DNA of 63,292 bases, counting the filler, from Octopus bimaculoides (Eukaryota): assembly GCF_001194135.2 (NCBI RefSeq). It is 6 parts of 6 records of this genome, joined end to end, with 100 filler letters (N's around TTAATTAATTAA, not from the genome) between each part and the next. Parts side by side here need not be neighbours in the genome. Positions count along the whole stretch, not along the records: positions 1 to 15,249 come from NC_068986.1; 5 more parts are not named here. One strand, written 5' to 3'. The notes beneath the pieces are model-generated. The model searched no databases and was not told where the DNA came from. It saw nothing but the letters and a program-made list of their open reading frames with translations. Both the position numbers and the translations under genes were made by a program. Below are positions 1 through 15,349 of the stretch, piece after piece (positions within the stretch are counted from its first letter, which is position 1; the number at the start of each line of letters is the position of its first letter).

Positions 1-11
1 ATATATATATG

Positions 12-42
<31 letters not shown>

Positions 43-436
43 ATGTGTATTTTTAGATATACGTATGTATGTGTGTGTCAGGGTATATGTGCGTTTATAT
101 GTGTGTGTATAAATACATGCATGCACAAACTTACCCACATATATATATATTTATACATACATACACAAACACACGCGCACACAAACACACATGCACAAAC
201 ACACATACAGGCTCACACCCAAGTGTATAGTTCTGCAAACGTGCACATAGACTCACTCATAAACTCATAGACTACAGTCGTTTTGGGTGTGTTGTTTGGA
301 AATGAAACACAGCTTCCAAACTTTACTTTGCCACTCAACTATAACACCTGTAAAGAAGTATCCAGTTACAAACACCTTCTCGCATTCTTATTTCTAAACA
401 GCAAATATCTCCGACGATAGTGAGTCACAGACACAG

Positions 437-835
<399 letters not shown>

Positions 836-1046
836 TGCAATCTATTGTGAGAATATAAAAGATAGAAAAAAAAAGAGAGAATTAGTGGAGGAACTTGGTA
901 AGAATATAAAAACAGATAAAAACGAGATAAAATTACAAAAAGAAAGTGAGAGAAAGAGAGTGGGAGGACTTTAAGATTAGAAAAACATGAACAGAGTGAA
1001 AGAAAGAGAGGGGAGGAGAGAAAAAGTCTGAGTTTCAGGAGAGAGC

Positions 1047-1078
<32 letters not shown>

Positions 1079-1653
1079 TGCGATAGTGATATATATGTAT
1101 GTTTATAAGAAACGACAGAGAAATGGATCTACTATGTGTGTGATGGTGTATGCGAGACGAGCAGAGATATCCGGTCTAACACAGATTTATAGAAAGTATC
1201 AGGAAAAGTCTCATAGTCTATGATTTTCTCTTCGAAAAATGTGTAGCCCTTTGAAAAATTGCTAAACTTCCGCTACTGGCCTGCAGTTTGTAATATATAC
1301 ACATACATTCACATTTATACATTAAGAGTAGAAGCGGTACTCAATCTTGTCTGGATGTATATAAAAAGTGACAGAAAGCGTCACAGAACCTCTGATTTTC
1401 GCCTAGAAAAGAGATAGCTCTTTTAAATTTTTTACCATTTACTTGTTTTAGTCATTGGACTGTAGCCATTCTAGAGAACGTCTTTCGAGGGTTTAGTCTA
1501 AAAAATCAAGGCTAATACTTATTTTGAAGTCTAGCACTTATTCCAACGGTTTCTTAAGCCGAACCGCTAACTACCGAGATGTAAACATTCCAGCACCCGT
1601 TGTCAAGCAGTGGTGAGGAACAAACGCAGATACACACACACATACACACACAA

Positions 1654-1693
<40 letters not shown>

Positions 1694-1949
1694 CGTGAGA
1701 GAGTTAGGGGTTATCAAGGGTTGAGCAGACAGAACACAATAAGGAGAAAAAGTTAGACGAAAGCAAGGCAAACGGGAAACTAGACGGAAACTTAACGGAC
1801 GGGGAATATAGATAAAGACACGATACACGGAATATTCTCAGCTGTGTTTTCCTCGTCAGTCAATGAACCAAAATACCATCGTGGTTTCTCGCCATTATCA
1901 TTGAGACCACTCAAACTTGGACGCGCCAGTACTGTTATAATACAACAGG

Positions 1950-2296
1950 CGACGACGGGCTTCTTTCAATTTATGTCTATCAAATCCACTCAGAAGGCCT
2001 TGGTCGGCTAGAGGCAACAGAAGGCACTAGGCCAAATTATAACGCACTAGGACTGAACTCGGAACCATATGATTGTGAAGTAAAATTTTTACCACACAGC
2101 CACGCCTGCGCCTAAATGTGTGTATGTGTGTGCGTGCGCGCGCGCACACACACACACAGTTTCCGTCTACTAAATTCATACACTAGACATTGGTTTGTCC
2201 GAGGCTATAGTCGAAGACACTTGCCCAAGTTACCGCGCAGTGGGACTGAACCCAGAACCAACGTGGTAGTAAAAAGCGTGCTTCTTAATATACCGG
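1950..2296 (-). mobile_element. Two tandem tRNA-headed SINE copies (family A)
   Basis: Shared ggttc(c)gagttcagtcc...ggcaagtgtcttctactatagcc body; other copies at 5488-5641, 15862-15970, 24535-24660, 32085-32420, 57597-57720, 58203-58345 and 63090-63253. Confidence 0.75.
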
Positions 2297-3068
2297 CGTA
2301 TATTCAAATTTTAAACCACCTAGGTGCAAAACTATTACCGATATTTTGGAATTAATTAGCATATATTAACTTTCACACAGTGTCACAAGGCCAGCAATTT
2401 CGGAAGAAGGGGAAAATCGATTAGAGCGACCCCAGTATTCAACTGATACTTATTTTATCGAGGCGAAAGGATGAGAGGCAAAGTCGACCTCGGCGGAATT
2501 TGAACTCAGAACTTGCAGACTGACGAAATCCGGTAATCATTTTGCCCGGTACGGTAACTGTTTTGCCAGCTCACCGCCTTCATTTATTTATGTGTATTAA
2601 GATAAGCATAAGACTGAGAATTTTGCGTGAATGAAAGAGAGGTTGGGGGGGGGGAAGCATATCAAAGAGAGGATAGATATAACAGAGTATAAGGAGGAGT
2701 ATGGTGAATGTTCGAAAGAAGTGATGTAATGAAAGGAGACGCAGATTAGAAAGAGCGTGAAGTAGATCTGAAAAGGTGACGACGGCGAAGGTAAAAGACT
2801 AGAGATTTACGAGAGAGTGTGTATGTACGAGAAGGTAAGGAATATTAGGGAGGAGCTAGTTGGTTAGAGGTGAGAAATTACAAGCTGTGAGAGAACTAAG
2901 AAACGTAATGGGTGCGACTGAATTGAAGAGAGGTAAGAAGGTGTTGTCTTTATTCTTTTTCTTTTTTTTGGTTTTAAACAGAGAAGCTATAAGCTAGACG
3001 GTGATGGAAGTGGGGGTGGGTGAGAAAAAAAGTGGGATAGTGAAAGATAGAGGATATGCTGAAAGGTG

Positions 3069-3163
3069 GAAGAAGAAGAAGAAGAAGAAGAAGAAGAAGA
3101 AGAAGAAGAAGAAGAAGAAGAAGAAGAAGAAGAAGAAGAAGAAGAAGAAGAAGAAGAAGAAGA
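3069..3163. repeat. (GAA)n microsatellite
   Basis: Direct reading. Confidence 0.95.
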
Positions 3164-4515
3164 AACTGATATAGAGTTGANNNNNNNNNNNNNNNNNNNN
3201 NNNNNNNNNNNNNNNNNNNNNNNNNNNNNNNNNNNNNNNNNNNNNNNNNNNNNNNNNNNNNNNNNNNNNNNNNNNNNNNNNNNNNNNNNNNNNNNNNNNN
3301 NNNNNNNNNNNNNNNNNNNNNNNNNNNNNNNNNNNNNNNNNNNNNNNNNNNNNNNNNNNNNNNNNNNNNNNNNNNNNNNNNNNNNNNNNNNNNNNNNNNN
3401 NNNNNNNNNNNNNNNNNNNNNNNNNNNNNNNNNNNNNNNNNNNNNNNNNNNNNNNNNNNNNNNNNNNNNNNNNNNNNNNNNNNNNNNNNNNNNNNNNNNN
3501 NNNNNNNNNNNNNNNNNNNNNNNNNNNNNNNNNNNNNNNNNNNNNNNNNNNNNNNNNNNNNNNNNNNNNNNNNNNNNNNNNNNNNNNNNNNNNNNNNNNN
3601 NNNNNNNNNNNNNNNNNNNNNNNNNNNNNNNNNNNNNNNNNNNNNNNNNNNNNNNNNNNNNNNNNNNNNNNNNNNNNNNNNNNNNNNNNNNNNNNNNNNN
3701 NNNNNNNNNNNNNNNNNNNNNNNNNNNNNNNNNNNNNNNNNNNNNNNNNNNNNNNNNNNNNNNNNNNNNNNNNNNNNNNNNNNNNNNNNNNNNNNNNNNN
3801 NNNNNNNNNNNNNNNNNNNNNNNNNNNNNNNNNNNNNNNNNNNNNNNNNNNNNNNNNNNNNNNTCACATAGCATTAATTGCCCGAGAACTATAGTAGAAA
3901 ACACTTGCCCATGATGTCGCACCGTTGCACTGAACCCGAAAAAACGCAGCTATGCCTATAAATTTTTATTATATAAGTTAGAAGGAGGAGAAAAAGTAAT
4001 TCCCCCGACCTTTACATGCTGTATCTGAAAGTATAGCGGGATTAATGCGGTTGATGTTTACCCTGGACATCGACAGGTCAACATATACAAGAATATTATG
4101 GAAAGATTGAGAACAGGTGTTCTGTTGTAAATGCTTGCAACGGAGTGGAATCTACTATAAGGTATCCAAGTGCAAGCTGGTGATAGTGTTAAAAAGGGTT
4201 GCTTATCAAAGAAACTGTTACCTTTTCTGATATCGCAGCATACGCAAGTGACTGGGCTCAATTTCAGAGATAAGTGTTTGGAGATTTAGAAAACACATTC
4301 CTTATGCTTGAACTGTTTCGTCTGTAAGATCGGATATACTCTTATCCGCCTGACTTTCTCTTACTAGCCGTTCATATAAATATACATACACACGCACACA
4401 TATATGTACATGTATGTATGTATGTATGTATGTATGTATACGTATATATCTCACATAAACTTATATATATATACATATATCTTAAATATGAGTATATATA
4501 TATATATATATATCA

Positions 4516-4553
<38 letters not shown>

Positions 4554-6299
4554 NNNNNNNNNNNNNNNNNNNNNNNNNNNNNNNNNNNNNNNNNNNNNNN
4601 NNNNNNNNNNNNNNNNNNNNNNNNNNNNNNNNNNNNNNNNNNNNNNNNNNNNNNNNNNNNNNNNNNNNNNNNNNNNNNNNNNNNNNNNNNNNNNNNNNNN
4701 NNNNNNNNNNNNNNNNNNNNNNNNNNNNNNNNNNNNNNNNNNNNNNNNNNNNNNNNNNNNNNNNNNNNNNNNNNNNNNNNNNNNNNNNNNNNNNNNNNNN
4801 NNNNNNNNNNNNNNNNNNNNNNNNNNNNNNNNNNNNNNNNNNNNNNNNNNNNNNNNNNNNNNNNNNNNNNNNNNNNNNNNNNNNNNNNNNNNNNNNNNNN
4901 NNNNNNNNNNNNNNNNNNNNNNNNNNNNNNNNNNNNNNNNNNNNNNNNNNNNNNNNNNNNNNNNNNNNNNNNNNNNNNNNNNNNNNNNNNNNNNNNNNNN
5001 NNNNNNNNNNNNNNNNNNNNNNNNNNNNNNNNNNNNNNNNNNNNNNNNNNNNNNNNNNNNNNNNNNNNNNNNNNNNNNNNNNNNNNNNNNNNNNNNNNNN
5101 NNNNNNNNNNNNNNNNNNNNNNNNNNNNNNNNNNNNNNNNNNNNNNNNNNNNNNNNNNNNNNNNNNNNNNNNNNNNNNNNNNNNNNNNNNNNNNNNNNNN
5201 NNNNNNNNNNNNNNNNNNNNNNNNNNNNNNNNNNNNNNNNNNNNNNNNNNNNNNNNNNNNNNNNNNNNNNNNNNNNNNNNNNNNNNNNNNNNNNNNNNNN
5301 NNNNNNNNNNNNNNNNNNNNNNNNNNNNNNNNNNNNNNNNNNNNNNNNNNNNNNNNNNNNNNNNNNNNNNNNNNNNNNNNNNNNNNNNNNNNNNNNNNNN
5401 NNNNNNNNNNNNNNNNNNNNNNNNNNNNNNNNNNNNNNNNNNNNNNNNNNNNNNNNNNNNNNNNATATATATATATATATATATACCACGGGCTTCTTTC
5501 AGTTTCCGTCTACCAAGTCTACTCACAAGGCCTTCGTCGGCCTGAGGCTATAGTAGAAGACACTTGCCCAAGGTGCCACGTAGTGGGACTGAACTAGGAA
5601 CCATGTGGTTCGTAAGCAAGCTACTTACCACACAGCCACTTTAATCTTACCTAAGCATAAATACGTTCATATATCTATTTATTTATGAATATTTGTGTGT
5701 GTGTGTGATGTAGGCGCGTGACCTAGTGCTTAGGATGCTGCACACATGATTGCCAGACAGTGGGTTGGATTCCTGGACGAGCGGTGCATTGTGTTCTTGA
5801 GCAAAGCAATTTTTTTCATGTTGCTCCAGTATACTCAGCTGTAAATGAGCAACCCTACGACAGGGAAACTTGTCCTACTCGCCCAACCAGTGGAGTGACA
5901 TCATTCGAAAGCTAAAGTGATGCCAAGCGCATTGTGTCCAGCAATGTGTAACAATATCCGATTGCCTAGTTGATCACGCGATATCTTACATAATTATACG
6001 TCTATGTGTTATATAAGAACGTGTGTGTGAGAGAGATGGGGAAGAAAAATTAATTCCAGTGAATTTGCTGTGGTGAGTGGAAAACCCAATGTTTCGGAGA
6101 GAGACTTTCAGAGAATAGCTGAAAGAAGCGAAATTAATTGGTTCCTATCAGCTCTTCACAAAAGAACGACTTTTTCTAAAAGCGTTAGATTCCACCCACC
6201 GTACTCNNNNNNNNNNNNNNNNNNNNNNNNNNNNNNATATCATCTTGACTGGCATTATGCATAAAAGACACATAAATATACATAGATGTTTTTTAATAG

Positions 6300-6975
6300 T
6301 TTTCAAATTTTGGTACTAGGCCAGCAGTTCTGGAGGAGGGGCTTAGTTTATTACATCCACCTTAGTGATCAACTAGCACTTATTTTATCAACCGCGAAAG
6401 GATAAAAGGCACAGTCGACCGCGGCGGAATTTGAACTGAGAACGTAAAGACGGCCGAAGTGCCGCTAAGCATTTTGCTCGGAGTGCTAACAATTTTGCCA
6501 GCTTGCCACCCTATGTCATTTTTGATATTGGTTTCAAATTCTGGCACTAGGACAGCAAGTTCGGGGAGCGGATTAGTCGATTACAACGACCCCACTCCTG
6601 ATAGGGTGCTTATTTCATTGATCCCGGATGGATGAAAGGCAAAGTCGACCTTGGCGAAATTTGAATTCAGATCGTAAAGACGGACGAAATACCGCTAAAC
6701 ATTTTGCGCGGGGTGCTTGCTATCCAATGCTTTTTTAAATATTAGTAGCAATAGTGAGGCGGTGAGCAGGCAGAATCGTTAGCACGCCGGACAAAATGTT
6801 TAGCAGCATTTCGTCCGTCTTAACGTTGTGGGTTCAAATATCACCAGGATCGACTTTGCCTTTCATCCTTTCGGGTTCGATAAAATAAGTATCAGTTGAG
6901 CATTGGGATTGATTTAATCGACTTAGCCCCCTCCCCCGAAAGTGCTGGTCTTGTAGCAAAATTTGAAAGCAATAT
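6300..6975. mobile_element. Cluster of three SINE family B copies (two minus, one plus)
   Basis: Shared gagttcaaatt..gaggtcgactttgcctttcatcctttcggggtcgataaaataagtacc core; also at 2380-2580, 13990-14215, 21085-21310, 35950-36170 and 61320-61520. Confidence 0.78.
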
Positions 6976-7859
6976 TAATAGCAATAGGAAATAACCAGCC
7001 ATCGTTGAATGTTGTCGGCCATACTATAACACAGAATGATTAATAATGTTTCGTTGATGTCTATATTTTTATATAATCATAAGATCTTAGAGTTCAGTTG
7101 AAGAATTATTGTTTCACAACAGAAATGGAAAATGTAATAAATGTCGCTTAACAATGCTAAGTTAACGGAGAATATATTGAATATTTCCGTATAACTCACA
7201 AATATTTCAAAATCAAGTATTGCGAAATAGACGATTGTGAATAAGAGTATTGAGAAGAGGGGAAATGAATTATAATCAATACAGAAATTCTTATGGTTTG
7301 CACAGAGACGTTCTGTCAGTCAATATAGTAGGGAAATCTAAATTACGTAACTGAAACTATGGATGGTCGAAATTTTCATGACAAGAGATAATATGTCATT
7401 TAAGATGCCTGATAAGTATTGTTTCTTTAATAGATAAATTAAAAGCTTTCTATGGACGACCATGAAGGAAAGAAAATGTCTTTTAACAGAAGAGGTTGTC
7501 ATCTTCATATTCTCTCACTAATGGGAAAATGTTACGAGCATATTGTATTGCTTTTATCATTTATGTGTCTCAATCATCTGGATTGCAGCCATACTGGGGC
7601 ACCTCCTTGAAAGGTTTTTTTTCTTCTTTTTATCAAACAGGCTTATTCCAGTAGTTGTTTTTAAGGCCGGTACTTATTCTATCGATTTTTTTTGCCGAGC
7701 TGCTAGAACAGGGATGTACACAAACAAACAACACTTGTCAAGCGACGGTGAAAAAAGCAATCACAGTTACAAAGGCAAACATATGCACACACATACGGTG
7801 GGCTTCCACACAGTTTCCGCTTACCAAGTTTACTCGCAATGTATGTCTATGCTTATACA

Positions 7860-8185
7860 TGACACTTCGTCGGTTACGACGAGGAGGGTTCCAGATGATC
7901 TGATCAACGGAACAACCTGCTCGTGAAATTAACGTGCAAGTGGCTGAGCACTCCACAGACATGTGTATCCTTCACGTAGTTCGCAGGGAGATTCAGCGCG
8001 GTACAGCGTGCGACAAGGCTGGCCCATTGAAATAACAGGTAGTACTCATTTTTTGCTAGCTGAATGGACTGGAGTAATGTGAAATAAAGTGTCTTGCTCA
8101 AAGACACAATGTGTCACCGGAATTGAACTCATGACCTTACGATCATGAGCCGAATACCCTAACCACTGAACCACGCGCTTTCACG
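7860..8185 (-). mobile_element. SINE family C copy
   Basis: gtgaaataaagtgtcttgctcaa..ggaattgaactc..aaccactgaaccacgcgc (tRNA-like head on minus); related copies at 14420-14695, 24665-24840, 46045-46310 and 52830-53070. Confidence 0.7.
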
Positions 8186-8615
8186 CACACATTANNNNNN
8201 NNNNNNNNNNNNNNNNNNNNNNNNNNNNNNNNNNNNNNNNNNNNNNNNNNNNNNNNNNNNNNNNNNNNNNNNNNNNNNNNNNNNNNNNNNNNNNNNNNNN
8301 NNNNNNNNNNNNNNNNNNNNNNNNNNNNNNNNNNNNNNNNNNNNNNNNNNNNNNNNNNNNNNNNNNNNNNNNNNNNNNNNNNNNNNNNNNNNNNNNNNNN
8401 NNNNNNNNNNNNNNNNNNNNNNNNNNNNNNNNNNNNNNNNNNNNNNNNNNNNNNNNNNNNNNNNNNNNNNNNNNNNNNNNNNNNNNNNNNNNNNNNNNNN
8501 NNNNNNNNNNNNNNNNNNNNNNNNNNNNNNNNNNNNNNNNNNNNNNNNNNNNNNNNNNNNNNNNNNNNNNNNNNNNNNNNNNNNNNNNNNNNNNNNNNNN
8601 NNNNNNNNNNNNNNN

Positions 8616-8646
<31 letters not shown>

Positions 8647-8657
8647 CACACACACAG

Positions 8658-9694
8658 AGTACCGTGCAAAAGTCTTCGGCCACTTTAAACTACGAGTATT
8701 ATATATTTCTAATAATTGCCGACTTATAAGTGGATCTGTTGCATTGCGCTTTTTACATATGAAACATTGGCTCTGTTGGTGTTATTTCCATACCTAATCA
8801 TATTTTGTAGTAGAGGTTCTGAATGAGAGGGGAAGATACGAGACAACCACCAAAATGGCTGTGCAAAGATTTTCGGCCACCTCGCATAAACCAATCAAGG
8901 TACAGTGTTTTAAAACAGAAAAATGTCTATAATGAAAATCTTTTACATAATATTCATTTGAAGAATTTACTGAATATTGTTGATATTTCGTGTTGTTTCC
9001 CTTAGTTGCTATTTCGTGTGGCTTCCTTTGTTGACACTTCATATGGTTTCCCTTCAATGTGCCTGAGAAGAGATGCGTGCAAATCCTTCACCATCTTCAC
9101 AGGTATGGCTGCGCTCCCACAACTCTTCAAGATTGCGTGGATTCTTCTGACGAACTCTTCTCTTTAGTTCTGTCCACATTTGCTCGATGATATTTAAGTC
9201 AAGGCTCTGAGCTGGCCAATCTTTCAATACCGTAACACCTTTATCAACCAGACTCTGTTGTGTTGCACGTGATTTGTGGCATGGAGCTCCATCATGCTAA
9301 AAAAATCTCACCTTCATCCGTTTGGTATCAAGTTGTCGTTCAGCAACTGGATGTATTTGGCGCTATTCAAGTTACCGTCAAGTTTAACCAACTTTCTTGA
9401 ACCCTCTTGAAAGCATCAGACTCTTACTCTCAAACTTCACTGTTTTCACCGTGTAACGTGGGTTGTTTCGCATTCCTAGAGGCCTTCTGACAAATTCTCG
9501 CTTATTAGAAGAGCGTCTTCTTCTTTCATTCAGACCCAACCTACTACAAAATATAATGATTAGCTATGGAAATGACTCCAACAGGGCCAATGTTACATCT
9601 GTAAAAAAATGCAATGTGAAACATCCACTTACAAGTTGGCAATTAGTAGAAATTTAAAGTAGTTTAAAGTAGCCAAGGACTTTTGCACAGTACT
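8658..9694 (-). mobile_element. Internally deleted Tc1/mariner DNA transposon
   Basis: 36-bp TIRs (8658-8693 and 9659-9694, 4 mismatches); transposase remnant at ~9055-9545 with HDGAPCHKSRATQQ and DWPAQSLDLNIIEQMWTELKRRV..KNPRNLEELW. Confidence 0.88.
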
Positions 9695-9708
9695 ATATAT
9701 AAAATGTG

Positions 9709-9762
<54 letters not shown>

Positions 9763-10905
9763 CGCGTGCATTGTCGTTAAACTCAAAGTCAGTTTTGAAT
9801 GAGCAAACATATGATAGAAAACACTATAATTATGACGGGATTATTCAATAATTACTTCAGGTACGGTGTTTCAGAGACTATATTACCAAGAATATATATG
9901 CATCCTTCTTTGTTCACGACACTAAGATGCAATTTGAAGAATATTTGACTTCTACTTCTATTTCTAGCAAACCAAGCAACTACCGCGAGTCTCCCTGTTT
10001 GTTTGGATAAAGAGTAAAACTAATAATGATAGTAGCTAAATCGCAACCATTCCATCTTTTCCTGGGATATTTTTTCCAGCAGTAGCGCATGAGTTGAAAG
10101 GATATTTGATTATTTGATGGTTATTTTAAGCAGGCAAACTGACCACACTGAGCAGGCATGGGTAACTTTTTCGAGAAGCGGACTGCAAATGACATGGTCC
10201 ATCATCTAGCGGGCAGCACTACAAAAGAAAATTTAAGGTAATTTTTCATTAGGAGTGCCATTCAGAATGTGTTTCGGGTCTCTGTTTGCCCTTGAATGAC
10301 TCTACAAAAAATGAAGTACATAACGGTAGTAGCAACAGAGTATGGCAACAAAGTACATTACTTCGTATGTGAAATCTCCAAAAACGCCTACAGTAAAGAT
10401 CCGCTCAATACAAGTCTTCTAATGAACTAATTTCCAAATAAGGAAAAAATCTCTGGAAGCCTGCGAAGTAAACTTGAGAGGTGGATGGTTAAAGTCCGTT
10501 ATATGTTTTAATGTCCTGAATTTCCAGCCTGATTAACTATTAATCTCTGTAGAATTCACCTGAATAATGTTTTGTTCCATCTCCTTCCTAGGCGACGGTT
10601 TAAAGTCAACATACAAACTAAGATTAATCATCATTGTTTTTAGTTATTTTTCTAGAGCATATCAAGAGATATCTTGTGATCTCGCTAGGTTGAATGTAAA
10701 CAATATATTGGTGCTTGTTATAGAGTAGAATTACAAAAATATCGTCCATGACTTCTACTTGTCTTTTACGCAGTTATTTATCACCATGTAGTGTAACTTG
10801 TTAACGGATAGCTTGAAATCACTTTATTCTAATTAATATGTCGTCTTGAATGTTAGGTGACTATTCTAACATGATAAATACAATTGATTATCGTATTGAA
10901 GTTAA

Positions 10906-11409
<504 letters not shown>

Positions 11410-12074
11410 ATGCACGTATTATGTATGTCCATGTGTTTATATATGTATTATATATTTGCGATTGTTCATTCGATATATTGACCGCCATCTTTACAGACAT
11501 TGGCAAAAGAGTCTCTGAGTTAAGGATATAATCATGCAAAAGCGATGGACGGGCAGAATCGTGAGACCATCGAAAAGAATACCTTGCGGCACCTCTTCTG
11601 GCTCTTTGTCCTCTCATTTCCTGATGGTTATTTTATCTATATCTATGTATGTATGTATGTATGTATGTATGTATGTATGTATGATTTTTCTTTGAGTTTA
11701 AGTTCTTTTCGAGAGAGTTCGTGCTAACAAGTGGCAAGACTTTTTTTTTTAGTTATTCACATCTATTCTCATAAAAATTTCAGATGGAGAATTTTGGGAA
11801 TGTCTTACAAATCTTCACTGTGCGACTAACAGAATTCGCACCAGCCTCTTTTGCTCTTTCTCCGTGAAACCGATTATTTCTAGTCTTTTTGTGCAAGTTT
11901 ATTCAAATTGTATGTATGTATGTATGTATGTATGTATGTATGTATGTATGTATGTATGTATGCATGTATGTATGTATGTTCGAGGGGGTAGTGACTACAC
12001 TAAGTTCTGCCCACTCACCCTCGTTCCCTGATGCTTATTCTGTATGTGCGCTGGAAAGAGTAGGGACAGCTCTA

Positions 12075-12112
<38 letters not shown>

Positions 12113-12504
12113 GACAGTTATTCTGCATTTTTGTGAGAGGGGTAAGGATTGTTCTGAGCTCTGCATTGCACTTCAGCATTGCACTTCATCATTTCCACGT
12201 CGGTGGATATAATGCCAGCCCAGTCCAGGGCTTTGAATTAGCAGAGTGGTTATAACACCGGACTAGATGAGTTGTAGTGGAACCACAAGATTATCGCGTT
12301 CTGACGGCAACACCTGCCTAAACCGACTCTGCTGCCTTTCGTTCAAGCAACACTAGTAACGAGTTTAAGGGCGACTTGGTTGCATGCGCAACCGGTGGTC
12401 TTTGAAGAATTGCTCAGGCTTGCCCTATGGAGGAGAACATAGCAGGTGCAAGTTCGTAATCTCAGGAGACAAACGTAGACTCCAAAAAATCATGGCAACA
12501 CAAA

Positions 12505-12720
<216 letters not shown>

Positions 12721-12782
12721 ACATATATATGTGTGTGTGTATACATATGCACGCACATGAGTTCATATGTTCATACACACAT

Positions 12783-12783
12783 A

Positions 12784-12815
<32 letters not shown>

Positions 12816-12990
12816 GCTATTATTGATGCTTTTGTTCTGGCAGATGTTATACCAACACAATACCAAAAGAGCGAGCCACATCCAATAGCCAAAGGTTCTT
12901 TGGGTCATTCCTTCTTCAAGTTTCTAGCACTCTCCTTAAGATCCTTGCCTTTCCTAACAAGACTGTTTTCTGCAACAACCCCGTTCTGAA
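12783..12990 (-). mobile_element. 3' end of an R4/Dong-like LINE with (AAT)n tail
   Basis: LLQKTVLLGKARILRRVLET* followed by a short UTR and (AAT)n. Confidence 0.5.
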
Positions 12991-13099
12991 AGTAATTCCA
13001 AGCTTCTTAGTTATTATTATTATTTTAAGATTCGTAACCGCTTAATAGATGAACTGATAAAATGATGATTACATGAACCAAGAGAAAACGGTGAAATTG

Positions 13100-13900
13100 T
13101 GAAATTACTTAATTTGTTCTCAAAACAGATATAGCGAGGTATTCGGAAGAAAGAAAAATAAGACGCTAACGCTGGATGAGAAAAGAATGAAGAAAAAGGT
13201 AAGTTAAAGGAGAATGAAAGAAGTTATAAAGAGATATTAGATGAAGAAGCGAAAAAATCGAGGAAGAGAGAAAATGGACGGAAAACTAATTAAAAATAAG
13301 AAACAAAGATTGCACGCAATGTGTAAGAAGGAGGAATAAAACGATAAGTTAATGGAATGAGGAAATGAGTAAAAATAATAACCACAGACAAGCAGATGGA
13401 CAGGCAGACGGACGGAGGGTATGACGGGCGGAGGAACGGGTGGACAGGCAGATAGACGTAGGGACGGTCAGCGGACAGATGTGCTGACAGACAGACAGAC
13501 AAACGGAAAGATAGATGGACGGATGAACGAAGGGACAGAAGGGCGGACGGGCGAAGAGACAGACAGACAAACAGACGGATAGACATACAGGCAGAGGACA
13601 GAGTGACGCAGGTTGAAAAACAGATAGATAGACAGACAGAAGGATAGATGGACGGACAGACAAAAAGAGAGACAGACAAAAGGGGAAAAATGAGGTAAGG
13701 AGAGCGAAAGATTCTATGTGGATTGACGGACGGATGAAAATAGAGAAGAAAAGAAAAGAACCAACAGCGAAAGAAACAAAAAGAAAAGGAATGAAAAACA
13801 TAAAGAAGAATACGAAAAACGGATAATGAATAATTTTTTTAAAGTTTAGAAAGAAAGAAAGGAAAATGGAAAAAGTAAGAAATAATTATTTTGAAGTCAG
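13100..13900. repeat. Purine-rich low-complexity tract with degenerate GACA/GGAC/GATA units
   Basis: Direct reading. Confidence 0.85.
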
Positions 13901-14697
13901 AAATTCCTTATGTATTTCTCATCCATGTACACAATGTGTATATAGCCCAAAATATGTAGCGATATTTATAATGTTATTAAGATAGTGAGGTGGTAGAATC
14001 GTATGCTCGCCGGGCAAAATGTTTTAGCGGTCTTTTGTTTTTTACGCTCTAATGCCATCGGTGTCGACGTTCTGAGTTCAAATTTTGCCAAGGTTGACTC
14101 TGCCTTTCATCTTTTCAGAAATCAATGAAATAGTTACTAGTTGAACATTGGGGTTCATGTAAGCGATTAGCTTCCTCCCCTGAAATTGGTGGTTATTACC
14201 AAAATTTAAAACCAATATATATATAATGTGTATCAATATTATTCAAGTAGTATGAATATTATAGCTTTGTACAACATTTATATATATATATATATANNNN
14301 NNNNNNNNNNNNNNNNNNNNNNNNNNNNNNNNNNNNNNNNNNNNNNNNNNNNNNNNNNNNNNNNNNNNNNNNNNNNNNNNNNNNNNNNNNNNNNNNTATA
14401 TATAGGGACTCCCCACCCTACCCATCGCTCATGAATGACCATGGAATTGCACCTAGACAGTTACCCCCGAGGCACAAGTCCTGGTAAGGTTGCTTATGGA
14501 AGACCAACAGTCGACCATGCATATCAGCCTCCCCTCTCCACGCCACCGATGTTATCCAAAGGAAAGGCAAACGCAATGGCTAATACAGCGTGACACCAGT
14601 GACAAGCAACTCATTTCTACAGCTGAGTGAAATAAAGTGTCTTGCTCAAGAACACAACACAGCCCGGCCCGAGAATCGAACTCACTACCTCATGAGA

Positions 14698-14756
<59 letters not shown>

Positions 14757-15216
14757 TAGTATAAATAAATTGGTTAGTTATGCGTCCATTATTGCACTGT
14801 TTCACCGTTGTGTATGAGACAGTTTGCACAACATTACACCATCCCTCATTATCAAAGTAATTGAGATGAAAGACAATTTTAAGGAATGTTAGAAGCTCTC
14901 ATGAAAGAGTTACCTCCTCCTAGAGACAAGCTTGAATAAAAATAAATACGTATTTCACTCTGTGTTTTTACATGCCACCGGATACTAGGCCTGAATATCT
15001 AAGTTTCTGTACTATCTTCCTTTCTTTCATTCTCCCACATATTTCTATGTCTGTTTTTGCATCTCTCTCTTTTTCTCTCTCCACACACATACACACATAA
15101 ATATGTATGTACAATATAAAATTTCATTGACAGCCATCCAACTTTATACTGAGTCCATCTTTAGGTTATTGTTCACACCTATGTCTGTAAAAATATCTTT
15201 ACCACACACACATTCA

Positions 15217-15249
<33 letters not shown>

Positions 15250-15349
15250 NNNNNNNNNNNNNNNNNNNNNNNNNNNNNNNNNNNNNNNNNNNNTTAATTA
15301 ATTAANNNNNNNNNNNNNNNNNNNNNNNNNNNNNNNNNNNNNNNNNNNN
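15250..15349. other. Artificial scaffold-join linker (44N-TTAATTAATTAA-44N)
   Basis: Exactly 100 bp; the same structure occurs five times; the 12-mer has stops in all six frames. Confidence 0.95.

Noticed and set aside
15294-15305. TTAATTAATTAA as a homeodomain site or biological repeat
   Set aside because: It is always centred in exactly 44+44 Ns, so it is an assembly linker.
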